In this document: positions 1-5,013 of the stretch, in pieces
Layout of the letters: each line of letters begins with the position of its first letter
Numbering within the stretch: the first letter of the stretch is position 1
Assembly (NCBI RefSeq): GCF_006345805.1
Contig: NW_021830239.1
Location: 1 to 5,013, forward strand
Length of the DNA stretch: 5,013 nucleotides
DNA from: Octopus sinensis
Lineage: Eukaryota
Direction: 5' to 3'
The notes under the pieces: generated by a model
Told to the model about the DNA's origin: nothing
Seen by the model: the letters and a program-made list of their open reading frames with translations, nothing else
Databases searched by the model: none
Translations under genes and position numbers: made by a program

Positions 1-118
1 ACGAATAAATGACTATCGGATCGATAGGACAGAAGTAAGAAAAAGAAAGAAAAAACGGAAGTTCCAAGAGAGAAATATAAGTAATGTATGTATGGCTAGA
101 GCAAAACCAAATGGCAGC

Positions 119-142
119 GTGTGTGTGTGTGTGTGTGTGTGT
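119..142. repeat. (GT)12 microsatellite
   Basis: Perfect GT dinucleotide run read directly. Confidence 0.97.
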
Positions 143-226
143 GATAAAAGAGAATGAGATTCGAGATGGATTTAGAGGGAAAATAGTGCAGGTCGAGAGA
201 AGATGATGACAAACAGACAAATAGAA

Positions 227-236
227 TGTGTGTGTG

Positions 237-272
<36 letters not shown>

Positions 273-306
273 TATGTATGTATGCATGTATGTATATATA
301 TATATG
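227..306. repeat. Compound (TG)/(TA)/(TATG) microsatellite
   Basis: Short TG run grading into interrupted (TA)n with TATG units. Confidence 0.93.
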
Positions 307-375
307 CTTTCCTTCATTTTATATCTATATTTGTATTGTGCGTGTGTCTGATGAAATTTGCTGATATTGCTGTCT

Positions 376-462
376 GTACATGCACGCGCCTGCGCACACG
401 CACTCACACATTCACACACATACTTTTATACACGTGCGAGTGCGCATGCAAATATATATATA
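376..462. repeat. Degenerate CA/CG alternating purine-pyrimidine tract ending in (TA)n
   Basis: tgcacgcgcctgcgcacacgcactcacaca...cacgtgcgagtgcgcatgca followed by atatatatat. Confidence 0.7.
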
Positions 463-571
463 TTCTCCTTGAAGTGCACGGGACCTAAAAATTCCCTGGT
501 GTTCTTTCTTACCAGCTGTTGTGTTGGATTTGAGAGTGATCAGCTGGAATGGTGTGTATGTATACATAAGA

Positions 572-720
572 ATGTATGTATGTATGTATGTATGTATGTA
601 TGTATGTATGTATGTATGTATGTATGTATGTGTGTATGTATGTATGTATGTATGTGTGTGTGTATGTATGTGTGTATGTATGTATGTATGTATGTTTGTG
701 TGGTTGCGTGTGTGTGTGTA
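572..720. repeat. (ATGT)15 followed by interrupted ATGT/GT repeat
   Basis: Pure ATGT 572-631, then mixed ATGT and GT units up to the SINE 3' end at 721. Confidence 0.95.
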
Positions 721-871
721 TCTTTTTATCTCTTACTGGTTTTAGTCATTTGACTGCGCCCATGCTGGGGCACTGCGTTAATGAATTTTTAGCCAAAATA
801 CGACCCAGTAGTTATGTTTTTTAAAGCCAGGTACGTTTTGAAACCGAACCGTTAAGTTACGGAGTCGTAAT

Positions 872-912
872 ACACACACACACATTTCTATATATATATA
901 TATATATATATA
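872..912. repeat. (AC)6 + (TA)12 microsatellite internal to the SINE
   Basis: Lies between the head/core (about 920-1090) and tail (721-870) of SINE copy 1. Confidence 0.9.
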
Positions 913-1027
913 TTATACAACACGACGCGCTTCTTTTAGTTTCCATCTACGAAATTCACTCACTTAGAGGGATTTGGTCGGCCCGATGCTATAGTAGAAC
1001 ACCCATGCACAAGGTGCCGCGTGGAGT

Positions 1028-1081
1028 GGAATTGAACTGAGAACCATGAGATTGGGAAGCGAACTTCTTACCACTTGGCCA
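1028..1081 (-). promoter_or_regulatory. Internal RNA polymerase III type-2 promoter (A box + B box) of the SINE head
   Basis: A box TGGCCAAGTGG (minus, 1081-1071) fits TRGCNNARYGG; B box AGTTCAATTCC (minus, 1038-1028) fits the GTTCRANNC core; 32 nt between the boxes, tRNA-like. Confidence 0.8.
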
Positions 1082-1120
1082 CGCCTACGCTGCACGCACG
1101 CACGCGTGCGTCCGTCCGTT

Positions 1121-1256
1121 TACATACACACAAATGCATATATACATATACATACATGCATTAATATATTTTCATACATACACATACACACAAACACATA
1201 AGATACGGTCGACTTGAAGACATAGCTGTAGATATACATACACGCACATACATCTA
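1121..1256. repeat. Degenerate (TACA)/(CA)/(TA) low-complexity tract
   Basis: tacatacacacaaatgcatatatacatatacatacatg... with a short unique interruption near 1200-1232. Confidence 0.65.
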
Positions 1257-1347
1257 TACGGGGAGGGGGGTCCTGAAAAGTTCCGGGTTTTATGGGCATC
1301 GCGAAAGGTCTGGTTAGTGGCCCAATCTTCCGAGTTCTTTTACAGGG
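1257..1347 (+). mobile_element. Tc1/mariner-type DNA transposon (MITE-like) left-end fragment
   Basis: TA at 1257-1258 followed by cggggaggggggtcctgaaaagttccggg, matching the TA-CGAGGG...GAAAAGT pattern of mariner TIRs. Downstream gcccaatcttccgagttcttttacaggg (AQSSEFF) resembles the sequence just before the mariner C-terminal FF..G..L..R..KC motif. Matches an octopus repeat from recall; no convincing right TIR in the window. Confidence 0.65.
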
Positions 1348-1377
1348 TTTTTTGTAATAGATTGAGCAAAACGCGTA

Positions 1378-1620
1378 CGAGCTCTATGTCACTCAGCATG
1401 CTAGAAATAACAGTCGGACATTCCTTAACTCACTCCCTATCATTTACAATAAACAAATGAGTAAATGAATAAATAAAAGTGGAAGTATATAATATATACT
1501 GTAGTCCTTGATAAAATTAGTCTGAAATGTGAAACGGAACTTTCGGGGCACGATCTTGTTCGATGAGATGTTTGTTCGGCCAGATCAGATCTGACACAGT
1601 TAAACAACAACAACAACTAC
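1378..1620 (+). mobile_element. Diverged 3' part of a second SINE/LINE-tail family ending in (AAC)n
   Basis: gctctatgtcactcagcatgctagaaataacag...gtagtccttgata...gtctgaa...taaacaacaacaacaac resembles a common octopus retroposon 3' region (recall only). It ends in (AAC)5 at 1603-1617, a typical simple-repeat retroposon tail. Confidence 0.55.
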
Positions 1621-1783
1621 TACAGCAGAAGTTAACGTTTCCAACGAGAGCAGTAGCTTTCCCTCCACTTGACCCTGTCTTCTAGTGGTGTCATTTGTGG
1701 AAATGGTACAGAAATTGTACAACACTTTGGCAATTAGAAAGTTTCCTTTGGGTCAAAACAGGTGGCACAATGAGTGTGTGAGT

Positions 1784-1787
1784 GAGA

Positions 1788-1843
<56 letters not shown>
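1784..1843. repeat. (GA)n microsatellite, (GA)26 pure part 1792-1843
   Basis: Read directly. Confidence 0.97.
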
Positions 1844-1847
<4 letters not shown>

Positions 1848-2280
1848 GGATGGCAAGCATATTTTTCTTTCCAAATACTTTTTACTCGGTCACCTTTTGA
1901 GTTTCATGGTACAAAATGACACGAACTTTCTAACGAATCTAACGGTATCCACAGCGAGATTTGTGCATAATGCTTAAACAAATTACAGCTCAGGACTTCT
2001 TAATGCACAGCCGAGGCTGAGTGAGGGGCTCAAAATAATTTCATGGTTTTTATATTTTTCCGTTGTCGTGAGATGTAAAACCTTCTGCATTAACTTTTTT
2101 TTTTAACTAGGCGCCTTTAAAAGTTATATACCTTACGGCATAACCGACATCGAAAACCAGGGTTGTCGGTTCCCTATTTTGAGAAGCGGACACGGAGACT
2201 TGGTCTCTCAATGGAAAATTATATATATTTCTTCATTGTGAGCTGAGAAGAAATGAGTTAGATCATGCGAAAGAAAATCG

Positions 2281-2326
2281 ATAGATAGAGGGATAGATAG
2301 ACAGATAGATAATAGATAGATAGATA
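2281..2326. repeat. Degenerate (GATA)n tetranucleotide repeat
   Basis: atagatagagggatagatagacagatagataatagatagatagata. Confidence 0.85.
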
Positions 2327-2409
2327 AACAAAAAGATAACTAAATAAATATCTAACTGATTGCATAAATACATAGATAATTATATAGGTACATATGTATG
2401 CGTCAGTAC

Positions 2410-2725
<316 letters not shown>

Positions 2726-2792
2726 ACACCCATCATAAAATGATGACGGAGTGTGGAGTGTTACAATCACAAAATAACGCATGCACACAAAC

Positions 2793-2794
<2 letters not shown>

Positions 2795-2824
<30 letters not shown>
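2795..2824. repeat. (GT)15 microsatellite
   Basis: Read directly. Confidence 0.97.
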
Positions 2825-2826
<2 letters not shown>

Positions 2827-2873
2827 TGGTCCCATTTTCCTGACAGCTCTTGCCGGCTGCCACCAGAAAGGAA

Positions 2874-2937
2874 GTAATATTATCGTTAAAGGCTCGAAAT
2901 TGCGTTTGACTCTCTGACCGATAACTGATGAGGAGTT
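2874..2937 (+). ncRNA. Candidate non-circularly permuted hammerhead ribozyme (speculative)
   Basis: AUA 2877-2879, GAAA 2896-2899, CUGAUGA 2925-2931; stems I (2880-2885/2919-2924), III (2874-2878/2899-2903) and II (2891-2895/2932-2937, one bulged G). Segment order is not type I, II or III. See findings. Confidence 0.25.
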
Positions 2938-2997
2938 GGGAACCTTCTGTGTTTGTTTGTCGTTCGTCTGTGCATTTACAATACATTTTAAAAACTT

Positions 2998-3215
2998 ATA
3001 TATATGTGTTTCTGTGTGTGTGTCTTGGTGTCTATGTTTGGCCCTCCCCACCATCGCTTGACAATCGATGTTGTTTGCGTCCCCGTAACTTAGTGGTTTG
3101 GCAAAAGAAACCGATAGAATAAGTGCCAGGCTTACAAAGAATAAGTCATGGGATCGGTTTTTGCGACTAAAAGGTGGTGCCTCAGCATGGCCGCGGTGAA
3201 ATGGCTGTAACAAGT
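2998..3215 (+). mobile_element. SINE copy 3, headless 3' half starting at the internal TA/TG tract
   Basis: ccatcgcttgacaatcgatg...ccccgtaacttagtggtttggcaaaagaaaccgatagaataagt...gcctcagcatggccgcggtgaaatggctgtaacaagt is the reverse complement of the tails at 721-870 and 2547-2725. Exact inverted matches: 3111-3122 vs 2670-2681 and 3183-3192 vs 2585-2594. Confidence 0.88.
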
Positions 3216-3252
3216 TATATACATATATAAATATATATATATATATATATAT
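3216..3252. repeat. (AT)n tail, (AT)11 pure part 3231-3252
   Basis: Directly follows the 3' end of SINE copy 3. Confidence 0.93.
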
Positions 3253-3714
3253 CGAAGAGCCGCATTGTGGGACTGAAAACGAACACCCAACCCCCCACAA
3301 AAGTGACATGAATAACGGTAGAACTCAATACAAATATTCAGTGAAGTGCATTTAGTGAGAATCTGAAATATCGTCGCTAAGAGTTTCATGAATGTTTCCA
3401 TACCACCGAGATAAATAAATGTTTAATAACGAGATGAATATATTTTTATGAAATTAATAATTAAAACCTCAACATATATGCAGTTTTATGCACATACACA
3501 CACAGACACCCACAGAGGCATGTATGTACACATCACAAAGAAATACGAATTCATACAAATTATTATTATTTTTTATTATAATTTTTTTTTGCTTGTTTAA
3601 ATAATGTTTTCGTTATCCGGATTGCGAATTTTTAGGGCCAGCCGTGAAAACATTTTAGAGTGAAAAAGAGGTTTTTCATTTATTTATACTCCAACCAGTT
3701 TATTTATTTATCTA

Positions 3715-3718
<4 letters not shown>

Positions 3719-3794
<76 letters not shown>

Positions 3795-3812
3795 ATATAT
3801 ATATATATATAT
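3719..3812. repeat. (CT)36 followed by (TA)9
   Basis: CT 3719-3790, cag spacer, TA 3794-3811. Confidence 0.97.
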
Positions 3813-4145
3813 CACACAGACACACGGATGCATACATATACACCGGTACATGTATAAGGGTATACATATATAAATGCATTCTTACAAATATATACGTGCA
3901 CACATATTCATATAGAAATATTAATATAATTTACATATATAAATACACGCATACATAAAACAAACACACACGTCATTCTCTCTCCACCGTTTCTTTCTCT
4001 TTGTGAATATATGTACGTATGTTTATATACATACACACACACACACATACATATACAGGCACATAAATATACATATATATATGTATGTATGTATGTATGT
4101 GTGCGTGTTTGTGTGGGTGTGTCTGTGTGTTTGTATCTCAGTGTA
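3813..4145. repeat. Degenerate (CA)/(TA)/(TACA) then (ATGT)/(GT) low-complexity region
   Basis: Mosaic of short CA, TA, ATGT and GT runs; CA-rich to about 4075, GT-rich afterwards. Confidence 0.7.
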
Positions 4146-4498
4146 TTTATTTATTCTCAATCGTCTGTGTCGTCTGCTGATGTTTGGTCGTCTGTTTATG
4201 TCTTTATCTGTCGTCTGCTAGGACGAAATATGGCGTCAACTAAGCAAGTGAAAATTGTAAATAATAAATAGCTCTTCTGTATAAAAAATAAAAAAAGACT
4301 TAAAGATGTATTCATTTTCTTTTCTTATTTTTTTTTAAAGTATAACCTAAAAATTTTCAAGTTTTCTAAGAATTTATTGGTGTTCTAGTAGCAAAACTTT
4401 TCGCCGAAGTTCGAAAATGTCCTGGCCCGATTAACGATTTCTTTTTATTCAGCTTTAAAATCTTTGTTCGTATCTTCATGTAACTTATTTTCATACTA

Positions 4499-4502
<4 letters not shown>

Positions 4503-4548
<46 letters not shown>

Positions 4549-5013
4549 CCCTCTCTCTCTCTCTTCCTCTCTCTTTCTTCTCTGCTCTTTTCTTCATCTG
4601 CTTGTTTTTCTTACATTCTTCCTTTAGTTAGTTTGTCTCTTATATTTTGTATTTTGTCTCGTTTATATTCTTTCATTCAATATTCTATTCTTCTTACATT
4701 TTTTTCATTTTTACATACTTATACTTCGTTTCATTTTACTATAGTTTTCCTTCGTTCAATTTTTCCTTTGTTCGTTATTTCTTTCATTTATTTTTTCTTA
4801 TAATTCGTTAATTATTTTTATTCAAAAACTGTAACTCCTTCGGTGTCTGTCCTATTCCCTTATCTTACGTTTACTTTTTCTTTCAGCTTATTATTTCATT
4901 GAATTTCTTCAGTCTTTCACTCGTTTTCCCCTTTCTTTGATTTTCTTTAACATTTTTATATTATTCAGTAAGCATTCTCTACAATTATTAATTCATTCGT
5001 AAATAAGTTTTCA
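4503..5013. repeat. (TC)21 followed by about 450 nt of T/C-rich low-complexity sequence
   Basis: Pure TC 4503-4544, degenerate TC to about 4580, then TTC/TTTA-rich sequence with very few G on the plus strand to the window end. Confidence 0.85.

Larger units (their letters stand above)
721..1090 (-). mobile_element. tRNA-derived SINE (octopus type), near full length: tRNA-like head, core, internal (TA)/(TG) microsatellite, 3' tail
   Basis: Minus strand starts gcgtaggcgTGGCCAAGTGGtaag...cagTTCAATTCCac (A and B boxes), continues gcggcaccttgtgcatgggtgttctactatagcatcgggccgacc...gtagatggaaactaaaagaagcgcgtcg. The 721-870 part aligns with 2547-2725 and, inverted, with 3075-3215 (shared catgctg; taagttacgg 853-862 = revcomp of 3083-3092). 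Resembles abundant Octopus SINEs from memory; exact family name not assigned. Confidence 0.88.

Noticed and set aside
348-354. Second CTGATGA as a hammerhead core
   Set aside because: No separate GAAA with stems II and III in register; flanks are microsatellite.
381-446. Cluster of metal-response-element-like TGCRCNC motifs (381, 391, 440 reverse)
   Set aside because: These are an expected by-product of CA/CG alternating repeats, and no promoter context is visible.
1015-1090. tRNA gene
   Set aside because: A and B boxes are present, but acceptor, anticodon and T stems do not pair, and the sequence continues into SINE core. It is a SINE head.
1535-1544. Right-hand TIR for the mariner fragment (cggaacttt = revcomp of 1277-1285)
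   Set aside because: Only 9-10 nt match, the G-rich terminus and TA are missing, and it falls inside the second retroposon-like segment.
2142-2171. 8-bp hairpin aaccgaca/tgtcggtt with 14-nt loop
   Set aside because: About one such stem is expected by chance in 5 kb; there is no U-tract or other supporting context.
2120-2175. Minus-strand peptide FRCRLCRKVY resembling half a C2H2 zinc finger
   Set aside because: It is bounded by stops with no His pair; the alternative splice signals are unconvincing.
3265-3300. 7-bp inverted repeat ttgtggg/cccacaa
   Set aside because: Short, long spacer, expected by chance.
2767-3309. Longest ORF (180 aa, minus strand)
   Set aside because: It is stitched from (AT)n, antisense SINE copy 3, a short unique segment and (AC)n, with no protein-like homology.

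Overview
AT-rich, microsatellite-saturated, non-coding eukaryotic DNA. The repeat families and repeat density look like an Octopus (cephalopod) genome, intronic or intergenic; this is recognition from memory, not a database result. No credible protein-coding gene: nearly every ORF in the track runs through (CA/GT/TA/GA/ATGT/TCTA)n tracts or SINE sequence. The window holds three mutually alignable copies of one tRNA-derived SINE: a near full-length copy on the minus strand (721-1090) with A/B boxes and two headless 3' halves in inverted orientation (2547-2725 minus, 2998-3215 plus). It also holds a Tc1/mariner-type terminal fragment (1257-1347), a probable second SINE 3' part ending in (AAC)n (1378-1620), and many simple repeats. 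The best lead is a 64-nt segment (2874-2937) between the inverted SINE halves. It contains the hammerhead ribozyme core motifs (NUH, CUGAUGA, GAAA) and three short stems, one needing a bulge, in a non-circularly permuted, pseudoknotted order. It was found by eye and is unproven. Other leads are a possible dsRNA/ADAR substrate, two weak exon candidates, and SINE-microsatellite coupling.
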